From Gammaproteobacteria bacterium (GTDB lineage Bacteria; Pseudomonadota; Gammaproteobacteria; CBDBBL01), in contig CBDBBL010000018.1 of NCBI GenBank assembly GCA_965203125.1, forward strand, positions 11,949 to 75,948: DNA of 64,000 nt. Reading direction: 5' to 3'. The notes beneath the pieces were generated by a model that was given only the letters and a program-made list of their open reading frames with translations, ran no database searches and was not told where the DNA came from. Positions 32,743 through 42,074 of this stretch are shown here, in pieces (position 1 is the first letter of the stretch; each line of letters starts with the position of its first letter). The translations under genes and the position numbers were made by a program.

Positions 32743-33417
32743 CTAAAATGCATCTGTTGCTGTATTAAAGGCAAAGTCTGCTAATAATCTTGTCGTATCA
32801 ACACATATTTTCCCCACCAACCCCTCATTATATACTTCTGGTAATTCAGTACACCCAAGAATAACGCCGTTACACTCGACTTGCTGTATTTTCTCTAACA
32901 CTAATCCGCTGGTTCTAGATGTAACTTTTCCTGGTATTAACTCTTGCATAATAAATTGGTGTACTAATTCATTATCACTTTCCGACAAATATACTGCGTG
33001 TATATTATTTTGCATTAGAAGTGCATTATATAACCCATATTTCGTAGTCAAACTAGTGCCCAAGACTAAAACTCGACCTAGATGCAGTTGTTTACAACGC
33101 TTAGCAACTATCTCCAATAAATTTATAACAGGAATACTAACATGATCCAAACAATCTTGATAAGCATAGTGAGGTGTGTTTGCGGGAATAATAACAAAGT
33201 CAGCACCCGCTTTTTCCAAAAATTTAATAGAACTATTAAGCAATTGCGCTGTCTTTTTCCAGTCACAAGACAACACTGCTTGCTTATATCCACTAAAAGG
33301 CAAAGAGTGCACAATAAACTCTGGGTGATTGCCATCAACCCCGCCTAACTCACAAATACGGCGCTGACAAATAGTAGACCCAATGGTCGTAACATCAACA
33401 ATTCCGATTTTCTTCAT
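32743..33417 (-). CDS. Asp/Glu/hydantoin racemase-family protein (aspartate racemase-like)
   Basis: 224 aa; Asp/Glu racemase fold with conserved Cys-containing segments GSTICQRR and VILGCTELP. Confidence 0.65.
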   Translation of the reverse strand: MKKIGIVDVTTIGSTICQRRICELGGVDGNHPEFIVHSLPFSGYKQAVLSCDWKKTAQLLNSSIKFLEKAGADFVIIPANTPHYAYQDCLDHVSIPVINLLEIVAKRCKQLHLGRVLVLGTSLTTKYGLYNALLMQNNIHAVYLSESDNELVHQFIMQELIPGKVTSRTSGLVLEKIQQVECNGVILGCTELPEVYNEGLVGKICVDTTRLLADFAFNTATDAF

Positions 33418-33427
33418 AACTTCTGCC

Positions 33428-33985
33428 TCATAACGTTAATTCTTTCGCCCAACAATCTATTAATCGAGGTGTTGCTCTCATAGGAAGCCAAATTAATAAT
33501 TCTTGATAAATGCCGTTGAGAGAAGAACCCTCCAAAACAGCCTGCCCTTTGGAAATAACGATTGCGAATTGAATACATTTCCAAGAAAAATTAAAAATTT
33601 CCACAAGAGAGGAGGAAGCATTACCAGAAAAATCATACAAGCACTTACTGTGTGCCTCAATTTGGCTGCTTAAGTGAAGCCAGGCATCATAGCAGTTATC
33701 AGTATTACAGTATAATCTCTGTTGTATAAATTCAAGACCATGTGACATCTCATCTGCCATCGCTGCATCGCCTATGCCTACGGCGAATGCTGTAATCAAC
33801 ACCATTAACCCCAAGTTGGTGACACCTTCTACGGTCACTTGTACTTTGCTTGGCGTCGGTAACTGTTGAAAGTATTTTTCTGCAAATTTCTCAATCAGTT
33901 GACGGGATTGAGCATCACTGAGGATTACGAGGATTTGTTTTGCCATTTGTTCAGTGATGTGGAATGTATACCCATCGCTTTTCAA
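33428..33985 (-). CDS. hypothetical protein
   Basis: 185-aa ORF with no recognised family. Its 5' end abuts a subfamily-A MITE fragment. Confidence 0.4.
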   Translation of the reverse strand: MKSDGYTFHITEQMAKQILVILSDAQSRQLIEKFAEKYFQQLPTPSKVQVTVEGVTNLGLMVLITAFAVGIGDAAMADEMSHGLEFIQQRLYCNTDNCYDAWLHLSSQIEAHSKCLYDFSGNASSSLVEIFNFSWKCIQFAIVISKGQAVLEGSSLNGIYQELLIWLPMRATPRLIDCWAKELTL

Positions 33986-34010
33986 GACACCGGAGTTTTA
34001 ACAAAATGAA
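33972..34010. mobile_element. fragment of a subfamily-A MITE terminus (ttttcaagacaccggagttttaacaaaatgaa)
   Basis: Matches the right-hand terminal inverted repeat of A copies (ctttcaagacgccggagttttaacaaaatgaatttt). Confidence 0.45.
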
Positions 34011-34062
34011 GACAACTCAGAGGATTCCACAGCCCCCTGCGCAACAAATTCAAAAGCCATAA

Positions 34063-34779
34063 CTAGTTATCTTCCTCCACAAGCGCAGAAAATGGATTAA
34101 AAGAAACTGTATTACTTGTATAATCAATCTTTTTAACCACCTTTATATAATAAACTATCAGTCCTCCAATTGGAGCACAAATAATGGCATAAATTAATTT
34201 AAGGACATAGGATACTACTAATAAATTAACTATTTGCTTTATAGTCAAAATACCACCAAACCCTAAAGGAAATGCAACTAGCGAATTCACAAGCTCACCA
34301 ACCGCTGATGACCCAATACTTCTTAACCAAAAATAGCGACCAGCTACTAAAAACTTCCATCTTACAATCATAAAAGAATTTACAATTGTTCCTATCCAAA
34401 TCGCAAAAAAACCAACAACCATAAACTTCATACTCATCTCAAAAACCTGATGATATGCTTTAGAGTTATTATAAAAATTAGGAGATGGAATTTGAATCAC
34501 ACCAAACATTAATACAGAAAATATAGCGGCTCCTAATAAAGAATAGAAGATTATTTTTTGAGTAACACGATACCCATATATTTCAGCAACAATATCTCCA
34601 AGAAAAAATATCAATGGGAACACAATTAAACACGCTGAAATTAAGAAGCCATGAATTACAATAATTTTATTGGTCAGCACTAATGATGCTATAGTTGTCA
34701 TGACATACAACACTACAACAAATATTGGCACCTTGACACCTTTTTCAGCTGAGCTTACAAACCTCTTTACTTCATTCAT
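34063..34779 (-). CDS. YhhQ/DUF165-family membrane protein, paralog 2
   Basis: Collinear with paralog 1 (PLIFFLGDIVAEIYGY; WLRSIGSSAVGELVNSLV; C-terminal FNPF). Confidence 0.6.
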   Translation of the reverse strand: MNEVKRFVSSAEKGVKVPIFVVVLYVMTTIASLVLTNKIIVIHGFLISACLIVFPLIFFLGDIVAEIYGYRVTQKIIFYSLLGAAIFSVLMFGVIQIPSPNFYNNSKAYHQVFEMSMKFMVVGFFAIWIGTIVNSFMIVRWKFLVAGRYFWLRSIGSSAVGELVNSLVAFPLGFGGILTIKQIVNLLVVSYVLKLIYAIICAPIGGLIVYYIKVVKKIDYTSNTVSFNPFSALVEEDN

Positions 34780-34914
34780 TTCTAATCTCTCATTTATAAT
34801 AACTCACAGTGATAAACATATCTAAACCCAACAAGAAGCCACTTGAACCCAGTCCGTATTAATCAAAGCTTCAACATAAAAAAGCAGATTCCGCTTGCTT
34901 GCCGTTTCACTTAG

Positions 34915-35000
34915 TCCTTGCTCATTGATTTGAAGCTGTGCTTGTCCGTTGTGGATATTGATTTGCAAGCACCGCTATTGTGAGAACTTTTAGCTTTGCA
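34915..35000. pseudogene. scar: ~65-bp fragment homologous to the internal gp5-domain region of vgrG (compare 37187-37250), fused to half of a subfamily-B MITE core (gcaagcaccgctattgtgagaacttttag)
   Basis: ttagtccttgctcattgatttgaagctgtgcttgtccgttgtggatattgatttgcaagcac is ~85% identical to the vgrG segment ttagtccttgaccatcgatttgaagccgtgcctgtccattgtgaatattgatttgcttgcc. It is followed directly by the B-family central motif. Confidence 0.55.
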
Positions 35001-35148
35001 TCATAGCAGTTATCATTATCACTGCATAGGGAAGATTAAACTCATTATCGCAACTTTCTATGATTTATTCATAGTGTCAAAATTTCAAAAGATGTGCGAA
35101 AAACCAAGCATTTTATGGGTCTTTTATTAACTGACGAACCTTGTCTGA

Positions 35149-35559
35149 TTATGACATATTGTATTTTTTCATCACTTGCTTACATAAGCGAAACACCACA
35201 TCATACTGCTGGTTAATTTCATCTGTATAAATCGTCACCTCCCAGCAGAATTCATCTAAGGGTCTATGAAGAACCCTAAAAAACTTTAACCCAGGAATAC
35301 GCGGTCTCTCTTGAGCATCTGATGTGATCGTTAAATTTTCAAAGCTTTCTTGCAATACTTGACGCTTATCTATCATTCTATCAAGCCAGCCTTGTAAACT
35401 TTGTTGAATACGTGGTAGCGACCCTGACTTTTTACGACCTAACCCAAGTTCATTGAGCAATGAGTCATCATCCGCACTCATTGCATCAACAGCTTTCTTA
35501 ATTAATGCTATATACCCATCAATTTCTCGTAATAACTCATCCATCAATGTATCTTGCAT
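35149..35559 (-). CDS. hypothetical protein, last gene of the vgrG island (candidate immunity or adaptor protein)
   Basis: 136 aa; separated by 1 nt from the upstream 109-aa ORF; no family recognised. Confidence 0.45.
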   Translation of the reverse strand: MQDTLMDELLREIDGYIALIKKAVDAMSADDDSLLNELGLGRKKSGSLPRIQQSLQGWLDRMIDKRQVLQESFENLTITSDAQERPRIPGLKFFRVLHRPLDEFCWEVTIYTDEINQQYDVVFRLCKQVMKKYNMS

Positions 35560-35560
35560 T

Positions 35561-35890
35561 TTAATTACTCCAATTTGTTTCCATCATTTCTAAATCTTCA
35601 GGGACATCTTGCCATGCCGATGGTACAAACACCTGTGTTTTACCACCTCGTAACATTTCTCCATCAAAGCTTTCTTCAGACAAGTCCTGTGTAGCTGTTA
35701 CACCTTCCCATATTGGAACATCTTCAGGAAAAGTATATGTCACATAATACCCATTGGAATTCCATGGATCGGCGACAGCATAGCTTGCTCTCCATTCCAT
35801 TTTATTTTTTGGCAGTTCATACGCCCAGTATCGTCCATTAACATCATCTTGACGAGCAATTACTCGATACAACGTCGTCCCTTTTGGCAA
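35561..35890 (-). CDS. hypothetical protein in the vgrG island (candidate toxin domain or immunity protein; TTG start in the ORF track)
   Basis: 109 aa, acidic C-terminus; tightly coupled to the downstream 136-aa gene. Confidence 0.4.
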   Translation of the reverse strand: MPKGTTLYRVIARQDDVNGRYWAYELPKNKMEWRASYAVADPWNSNGYYVTYTFPEDVPIWEGVTATQDLSEESFDGEMLRGGKTQVFVPSAWQDVPEDLEMMETNWSN

Positions 35891-35956
35891 AACTTTCGGG
35901 GTTGGCTCCCCTGAAAAATTGCCTCAACTTTCTCTTTCAGCAACTTCCTTGAGTAC

Positions 35957-36370
35957 TTAAGCTGATTTACTTCTAAACTGCATCACCCACAAAATTACAG
36001 CCAATACCATAACAGTAGCAAGTGATAAAGCGGATATGCCTGAAAAAAAACCAAGCGCGGAATCTGGAGCAATTAGTTGGTTTGGTAGAGTTTTCATTAT
36101 CATATTAAAATATGAAGTAAACGGGTTCACTACGTACGAATAAACAGAGCCAATGATCAATGTCAACATAACTCCGTTTGTTTCTTTACGCCAACTGAAA
36201 AATAGCACCAATAAGAAGGGAGAAAAATATTCCACATTGTTTAACAATATGGATCCCCAGTAATGCCACCCAAAAGTATGCATTATATCAATACTACCAT
36301 AAATTCCATATAGCAGGCATAACGACATTAAGATTGATATACAATTGAAAATATAGTTTTTCATCTTCAT
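35957..36370 (-). CDS. small polytopic membrane protein immediately downstream of vgrG (candidate immunity protein)
   Basis: 137 aa with about 4 TM segments; starts 9 nt after the vgrG stop. Confidence 0.5.
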   Translation of the reverse strand: MKMKNYIFNCISILMSLCLLYGIYGSIDIMHTFGWHYWGSILLNNVEYFSPFLLVLFFSWRKETNGVMLTLIIGSVYSYVVNPFTSYFNMIMKTLPNQLIAPDSALGFFSGISALSLATVMVLAVILWVMQFRSKSA

Positions 36371-36379
36371 CAGTAACTC

Positions 36380-39211
36380 CTATACAACAATTAATGCACC
36401 TAGAGCAATTTCATCAACAACAGGTAATAATTCTTTCCCTATAATAGCAACACTCGAGATTACGGCACTTAATTGAATACCTTTCCAGTTAGATTTTACT
36501 AAGCTTTTTGCCGATGTTTTTTGTAACATTATAGGTGGGATGTGATCTTTATCTTGCGGTTTAAGTGTAGCGGAAAATGCTATATCACCACTAATTTTCC
36601 AACTGTCAAAAACTTTGTCTATGGATGTTGGAGATGCTATAAAAACTAGATTATACCCAACCATTGTAATACTATCACTAACAAATTCCCCAGTAACTTT
36701 ACTACCAATCATTAACTGCTCATGACTAGTCGGTCGCAATGTCATCCCTGAGAAAAAATCACCCAACATATTCTTAGCCGATATTTTATACTGATTTAGA
36801 ACAAGTTTGCCAGCGGGATGCGTCCCTTGTTTTTGCAAACTCATACTACCAGACAAGGTTGTCTTATAGATGTATGGCTTATCTTCAAAAACAATCACAC
36901 CAGTCACTGGAGAAATCACACTCAACTCTAGTGATAGCACAGGAAACAGATTCGTCAATACTGTTGAGGCAGGTTTCAACTTTAGATCACCTACACTTAA
37001 ACTGGGCAATACACTCAACGATGGGGACGAGGACAGCACGGAGGCTTCCGCAGCCTTCCCTTGCCCACCTAAATTCATTTTACCTTGGGCATTACCTTGA
37101 GCAGACACCGCTTTTTGTGTATTCGTCAGCGGTTCTCCTCCACTGATTTTCCCGATCACTTCCACTTGGCTGCCGTTAATGGTTAGTCCTTGACCATCGA
37201 TTTGAAGCCGTGCCTGTCCATTGTGAATATTGATTTGCTTGCCTGCTTGTAGCCAGTGGTTGAGGTCACTGAGTATCGATAGGTTTCCTTGGTCTGCACT
37301 GACAATCAGGTTGCCCTGCTGGCTGTCCATACTGATTCCATCTCCAGCAATGATTTGATGATTTTTCTCAATTTGATGTTGTAGTTGCTGTTTGCTGATT
37401 ATCGTACTATTTTGCTCGCTCCGTTGGCTAATGTCTTTGTTTGCCACGCTGTGTTGACTACCTTTTTGACTCACTTGACTTGCATCACCTTCTATCGCTA
37501 GTTGATGTTGTCCCTTCGCTTGTTGTATGAAGTTATTTTCGGTTGTTGTGATGTGGTTTTGTTGCGCTGTTTCAGCCAGTGTGCCTTGTGAGGTCTTGAG
37601 CATAACACGATGTTGTTGTTCATTCGCATCGAGTTGTATTTGATGTTGTTTTTCTGCTGTCTGTAAGGTTATTTTGCTTTTTTTACTGTGATCATCTAAA
37701 CACAGTTGATGTCCACTTTGGGTTTGCAAATGATGTTGGTGTCGATTTTTTTGTGTCACCACACTATGTTGTTGTGAATGAGGAAAGGCGCCGAGTATGA
37801 TGGGGCGATTGGCATTACTGGCTTCAAAATCCACTAGTACCGTTGTACCTGTTAGCAAGGAGAGGTGTTTGCCGTGATTCGATCCATGATGATCCATGAG
37901 GTGACGAATACCACAGCGATCTGCCCCAATTCGCTGTTTGTCCTCATCCTCTTGTAATTCAAGATAATAATGCCCCTGCTCAGTGAGTGAAGCACTTGTC
38001 TTCATCGCATGAATGTTCCCCCAAGCATTACTGGAGTTCTTCGGCTGTTGTTGTGGCATCATTTGATAACGTTGTTCTGCCTTAATCATCGTAAGCTGGC
38101 TACAATCATTGCCACGGTTGGCTTGATGGTCAAGATCTGCATCGCTACCTTGCTGGCTCAACCCAATTAAACGCCATGTGCCGTTGATACTGAGCGTCGG
38201 GCAAGCTTCTATGGTGATTAAGCTACCCATGGGTAAATTAAGGCAATTTGATTTTGCAGTCAGTTGCTGGGCTTGTGTTTGGTGCGCGCGTTGATAGTTT
38301 CCAGCCAGTTGTTCTCCTTGTTTTTTGTCGATGTAGTCACTGCCATAAATCACATTTTTCGAGTCACTGGTTGAGACGTTTTCTTGTTTGTGATTTTTTT
38401 CTTGATGATTGGCTGTTAAATCAACATGAGGTCGTGAGAAGTGTGTTTGATGAAGCTGAGTTTTTTTTGGTAACGTATCGATTTGTCGACTTTGTATATC
38501 CCAAATACTTGGGGTAATTTTTTCATGGTTAGCCGCAAGGTCATTCGAGTTGATAAACCATAAGCTTTGTGATCGATCATTAATCGGCTGGTCATTGAAC
38601 CATAGTTCAAAATAATCGGCAAAATGGCGACAGTAAAAGACAATGCCGTGATCAGCACAAATACGTCGTAAAAAATCATAATCAGATTCATCAGCTAACT
38701 GTGTTATCAAGTCTTGTTGCCAATCACTATGGGTTATTTGAAAGTGTGCCTGCGCCTTTAATAGTGGATAATTGCTCAATACCTGCTGAATGATACTGCT
38801 GATCGTTTGATTAACAAAAGTACGGTGGTAGTTGCTATCTTTTAATAGTCGCAGTGGTGATTTGATACTGACGGCGTAATGAATACCTGATTCAGTTGTC
38901 TCATGGGGATCCAGTGTGACTTGAGCAATCATACCATGATAGTAAGCCTCAGGTTGACCGAAGGTTTCTAAGTGAAACACAGCATAAGATGACAAGTATT
39001 CTTGAAGCTGTTGCAATGCAATAGGATGTTGCACACACAGTGTTAGCTCAATGGCATAATCTGCAGAGATTTCTTCGTTGCAGAGTTTAAATTGACTAAC
39101 AGGATACGTCGATTGATCAATCTTTAAGCTTGCTTTCATCTTTGTACTTTGGCAAAGTTCTTTCGCCTGTACAATACTGGAAATCACGCTATAGCTAACA
39201 CGGTTAAGCAT
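36380..39211 (-). CDS. vgrG: type VI secretion tip protein VgrG with a ~250-aa C-terminal extension (evolved VgrG)
   Basis: gp27-like N-terminal region (…YHRTFVNQTISSIIQQVL…) and the gp5 OB-fold signature TVLVDFEASNANRPIILGAFPH (compare the canonical EVLVDFLEGDPDRPIITG). A long extension ends in a hydrophobic tail. The true start may be MKASLKID at ~39139. Confidence 0.8.
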   Translation of the reverse strand: MLNRVSYSVISSIVQAKELCQSTKMKASLKIDQSTYPVSQFKLCNEEISADYAIELTLCVQHPIALQQLQEYLSSYAVFHLETFGQPEAYYHGMIAQVTLDPHETTESGIHYAVSIKSPLRLLKDSNYHRTFVNQTISSIIQQVLSNYPLLKAQAHFQITHSDWQQDLITQLADESDYDFLRRICADHGIVFYCRHFADYFELWFNDQPINDRSQSLWFINSNDLAANHEKITPSIWDIQSRQIDTLPKKTQLHQTHFSRPHVDLTANHQEKNHKQENVSTSDSKNVIYGSDYIDKKQGEQLAGNYQRAHQTQAQQLTAKSNCLNLPMGSLITIEACPTLSINGTWRLIGLSQQGSDADLDHQANRGNDCSQLTMIKAEQRYQMMPQQQPKNSSNAWGNIHAMKTSASLTEQGHYYLELQEDEDKQRIGADRCGIRHLMDHHGSNHGKHLSLLTGTTVLVDFEASNANRPIILGAFPHSQQHSVVTQKNRHQHHLQTQSGHQLCLDDHSKKSKITLQTAEKQHQIQLDANEQQHRVMLKTSQGTLAETAQQNHITTTENNFIQQAKGQHQLAIEGDASQVSQKGSQHSVANKDISQRSEQNSTIISKQQLQHQIEKNHQIIAGDGISMDSQQGNLIVSADQGNLSILSDLNHWLQAGKQINIHNGQARLQIDGQGLTINGSQVEVIGKISGGEPLTNTQKAVSAQGNAQGKMNLGGQGKAAEASVLSSSPSLSVLPSLSVGDLKLKPASTVLTNLFPVLSLELSVISPVTGVIVFEDKPYIYKTTLSGSMSLQKQGTHPAGKLVLNQYKISAKNMLGDFFSGMTLRPTSHEQLMIGSKVTGEFVSDSITMVGYNLVFIASPTSIDKVFDSWKISGDIAFSATLKPQDKDHIPPIMLQKTSAKSLVKSNWKGIQLSAVISSVAIIGKELLPVVDEIALGALIVV

Positions 39212-39279
39212 GAATCATGTTAGCTATACAATGAGCTACTCAGGAACTGTCAGAAATTAAGTTAACAAGCGTTGCTCAC

Positions 39280-40071
39280 ATGAAACACTTCCACCCAAAG
39301 AAAGCCCTTCTTATGCTTTGCCTGATTTTCAGCACACCCTGTTTTGCTATGGAAAAACCAACTAACATTATATTCGATGCATCACTTGCAAACAGTCCCA
39401 TTAAGGGGTTTGTACAAACTCCTATCGGCGGCACCCCAGGCACATCTAGCCCAAATCGCCCAACATTGACTGAGCTAGGTATCACCCACCAAAACATGGG
39501 CAACCTCAACCTGCAAGCAAACTGGAAAGATACCTTTGGGTTTATTGGAATACAGCTGAACCAAATGAAGCATACCTCAACATTGCAACAAGCTTTAATG
39601 ACACATGGCGTACTTATTCATATTGGCACCACTATTCATAGTAAACTTAAGTTCAACTTATATCACATCGGTGGTGGCTACCAATTTCACCCCACGCATC
39701 ACTTAACACTTTCACCCACTGCCATACTAACAGGCATGCGATTCGATTATGAAATTGCATCTTATATCACCCCAAGACGTTATAACCATTATACGCTGGA
39801 ACTCGGCGCTCAAGCACGTGAGCAACTGACTGAAAAAACCGCGATACTATTCGAGGGCGCGTTCTCCTCCCCTGGATTTAATGAGCTTAATGTTAAGTCA
39901 GCGAAGATGAAACTATCACGGCAAATTTATCAGCATCAAGGTATCAGCAGTTCAATTTATGCAGGACTGGGGGTCATGTCATTAGATTTCAAAGACACAC
40001 AGCCAATGCCAAACCATCTACATATCAGCACAGGTATGCAGTGGATTGCTGGCTTTAGAGTATCAGTTTAA
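39280..40071 (+). CDS. secreted protein, probable outer-membrane beta-barrel (hypothetical)
   Basis: Signal peptide MKHFHPKKALLMLCLIFSTPCFA; alternating amphipathic strands; aromatic-rich C-terminus. Divergent from vgrG with a 68-bp gap. Confidence 0.45.
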   Translation: MKHFHPKKALLMLCLIFSTPCFAMEKPTNIIFDASLANSPIKGFVQTPIGGTPGTSSPNRPTLTELGITHQNMGNLNLQANWKDTFGFIGIQLNQMKHTSTLQQALMTHGVLIHIGTTIHSKLKFNLYHIGGGYQFHPTHHLTLSPTAILTGMRFDYEIASYITPRRYNHYTLELGAQAREQLTEKTAILFEGAFSSPGFNELNVKSAKMKLSRQIYQHQGISSSIYAGLGVMSLDFKDTQPMPNHLHISTGMQWIAGFRVSV

Positions 40072-40875
40072 AAATAAATCTTTATAAGGTTTTTTAGTCG
40101 CATCCACAGCATAGGATGAAAAATCAGTCATGCCGTATTGACTCAACACCGCTTCATCAATTAAAAACTGCCCTGTTAATTCACAATCTTTTGCAGAGAC
40201 AACTTTCATCACTGCATCTGCAACAATTGCTGGATCACGTGAACATTGATAAATTTCTTTTGGGAAATTAACTGCGATCGCATCCGTTGCAATTGTTGTT
40301 GCTGGCCATAGTGAATTCACTGCAATTCCCCACTGTTTAAATTCTGCCGCCATCCCAAGCGTACACATACTCATCCCATATTTAGACATCGTGTATGCTA
40401 CATGTTTTTCAAACCATTTAGCTTGCATATTCAACGGCGGCGACATCGTCAAAACATGTGCACACTCTGACATCTTCAAATAAGGCAAACAAGCATGAGC
40501 ACACGCAAAGGTTGCTCGCATATTCACCTGCATCATCAAATCAAAACGCTTCATTGTGGTTGACTCAGTATCTGTCAATGAAATCGCACTGGCGTTATTG
40601 ATTAAAATATCAATACCACCAAAATGATCAGCTGCCTGCTCAACTCTCGCCTGTATTTGATCACAATCACGCACATCAAGCTGAATCGCCAAAGCATTGC
40701 CACCCAGCTGTTCAATTTCTTCCGTAACCGTATGAATCGTACCACGGAGCTTTGCATGTGGCTGCGCTGTTTTACCAGTCACTACGACATTAGCACCCTG
40801 AGCTGCTAACTTAAGCGCAATGGCACGACCAATTCCTCGAGTCGCTCCTGTAATGAATGCTGTTTTACCTTTCAT
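40063..40875 (-). CDS. SDR-family NAD(P)-dependent oxidoreductase
   Basis: TGATRGIGRAIA cofactor motif, NNAS, and YxxxK (YTMSKYGMS). Confidence 0.85.
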   Translation of the reverse strand: MKGKTAFITGATRGIGRAIALKLAAQGANVVVTGKTAQPHAKLRGTIHTVTEEIEQLGGNALAIQLDVRDCDQIQARVEQAADHFGGIDILINNASAISLTDTESTTMKRFDLMMQVNMRATFACAHACLPYLKMSECAHVLTMSPPLNMQAKWFEKHVAYTMSKYGMSMCTLGMAAEFKQWGIAVNSLWPATTIATDAIAVNFPKEIYQCSRDPAIVADAVMKVVSAKDCELTGQFLIDEAVLSQYGMTDFSSYAVDATKKPYKDLFLN

Positions 40876-40890
40876 CTCATTCCTTATTTA

Positions 40891-41053
40891 TCCCCATCAC
40901 CATTCAAGAAACCGAATTTTAACAGCATGAATTTTGCAAAATTGACATTTAAAAACTTTCGCAATAGCCTGGCTATTACTCAATTTTTTAAATCTAATTT
41001 TACTAAAATTCATTTTGTTAAAACTCCGGCGTCTTGAAAAGCGATGGGTATAG
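40891..41053. mobile_element. MITE copy A2
   Basis: tccccatcaccattcaagaaaccgaattttaac…gcaatagcctggctattactc…ccggcgtcttgaaaagcgatgggtatag. Confidence 0.8.
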
Positions 41054-41222
41054 AGATTGACACTAGCTGCTTCAACAAAATGCTATCTGCAAATACGCTG
41101 GATACAGTCACTGCAACGACACCTGCAAATACTAGCGCAAGCAGTAGCGCAAATCCATTAGATTTCTGATTCATACAGCAATTACCTGCTGCCATTGCTG
41201 GCCTCCAAGCATAAACTGCCAC
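41010..41222 (-). pseudogene. remnant of a pilin-like small protein (MNQKSNGFALLLALVF…) whose 3' end is replaced by MITE A2
   Basis: Prepilin-like hydrophobic N-terminus without the conserved Glu5. The C-terminal codons read into the MITE. Confidence 0.35.
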
Positions 41223-41758
41223 AACACCCAGTGTATATTACGCCACTCTTTCACAGTGCTTGCGGTTTCAAAATCAAGATGACCCGCTGTTACTATGCCA
41301 TAAAGAAATTGCAATCTTGTCACGTCAAATAGATGAATCACTGCGTGCGAATGCAGGTGGTTCATCTTAAAATACAAAGCAGTTTTATGTCCTGAAATAG
41401 AGGTTTTACCCATATAAGCGTAAATAGATTGCCATTTTCCTTGCACACAAAGCGGTAACAATACTTTATTATTTGAGAAATTCATTGAACTAACACCATG
41501 AACAACAGGCTCACCTTGTATGCGACAACTTGAATGTTGTGATAATTGCTTTAAATAATGACTCAATAACATCACATCTTGCAAAGAAGTATTGTCTTGA
41601 TTAATTTTGCCAACTTGCTGAAAGACCTGAACACTGAGTGAAGTGATTATCAAAAAGACAATCACACTCAACATCATAGCAACCAGCAGCTCGAATAAAG
41701 TATGACCACCCTGAAACCTAATATTACACATGTAGCTCAACCTGTAGTTTGCCAGCAC
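41171..41758 (-). CDS. type IV pilus minor pilin, PilW-like (prepilin N-terminus GHTLFELLVAMML)
   Basis: Class III signal/pilin N-terminal motif G-x-T-L-x-E-L-L-V followed by a hydrophobic helix. Confidence 0.5.
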   Translation of the reverse strand: MLANYRLSYMCNIRFQGGHTLFELLVAMMLSVIVFLIITSLSVQVFQQVGKINQDNTSLQDVMLLSHYLKQLSQHSSCRIQGEPVVHGVSSMNFSNNKVLLPLCVQGKWQSIYAYMGKTSISGHKTALYFKMNHLHSHAVIHLFDVTRLQFLYGIVTAGHLDFETASTVKEWRNIHWVLWQFMLGGQQWQQVIAV

Positions 41759-42029
41759 GCAAATTTATCTGACAACTACCATTCCAGCACTCACACTGTT
41801 GCACCTTAACCAGCGATGGAACTACTTGTGTGCTTATACCACAAAAATTGTTTGGCATGTGGGCATGAATACCATCAATACTCAGCTCAGCCATATTAAG
41901 CATCAACTTTTGTCGTGCATCAATTTGATTATCTTGTGACTTCAGCAATAATACATCCGCACTTTCTATCGAAAGCGTAATAATGATTACAGCAACTATG
42001 ACTTCAATTACAGAAAAACCTAACAACAC
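41724..42029 (-). CDS. type IV pilus minor pilin, PilV/FimT-like (MLLGFSVIEVIVAVIII)
   Basis: Prepilin cleavage/methylation motif GFSVIEV at the N-terminus; 101 aa. Confidence 0.5.
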   Translation of the reverse strand: MLLGFSVIEVIVAVIIITLSIESADVLLLKSQDNQIDARQKLMLNMAELSIDGIHAHMPNNFCGISTQVVPSLVKVQQCECWNGSCQINLRAGKLQVELHV

Positions 42030-42074
42030 CGTTACCTATATCGTGAGTGATGATAGAATAACCTGATAGGTTCC

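Noticed and set aside
35561-35890. Tentative reading of the 109-aa vgrG-island ORF as an ADP-ribosyltransferase (R/STS/ExE)
   Set aside because: The motif spacing and domain size do not fit known ART toxins convincingly. Left as unknown.
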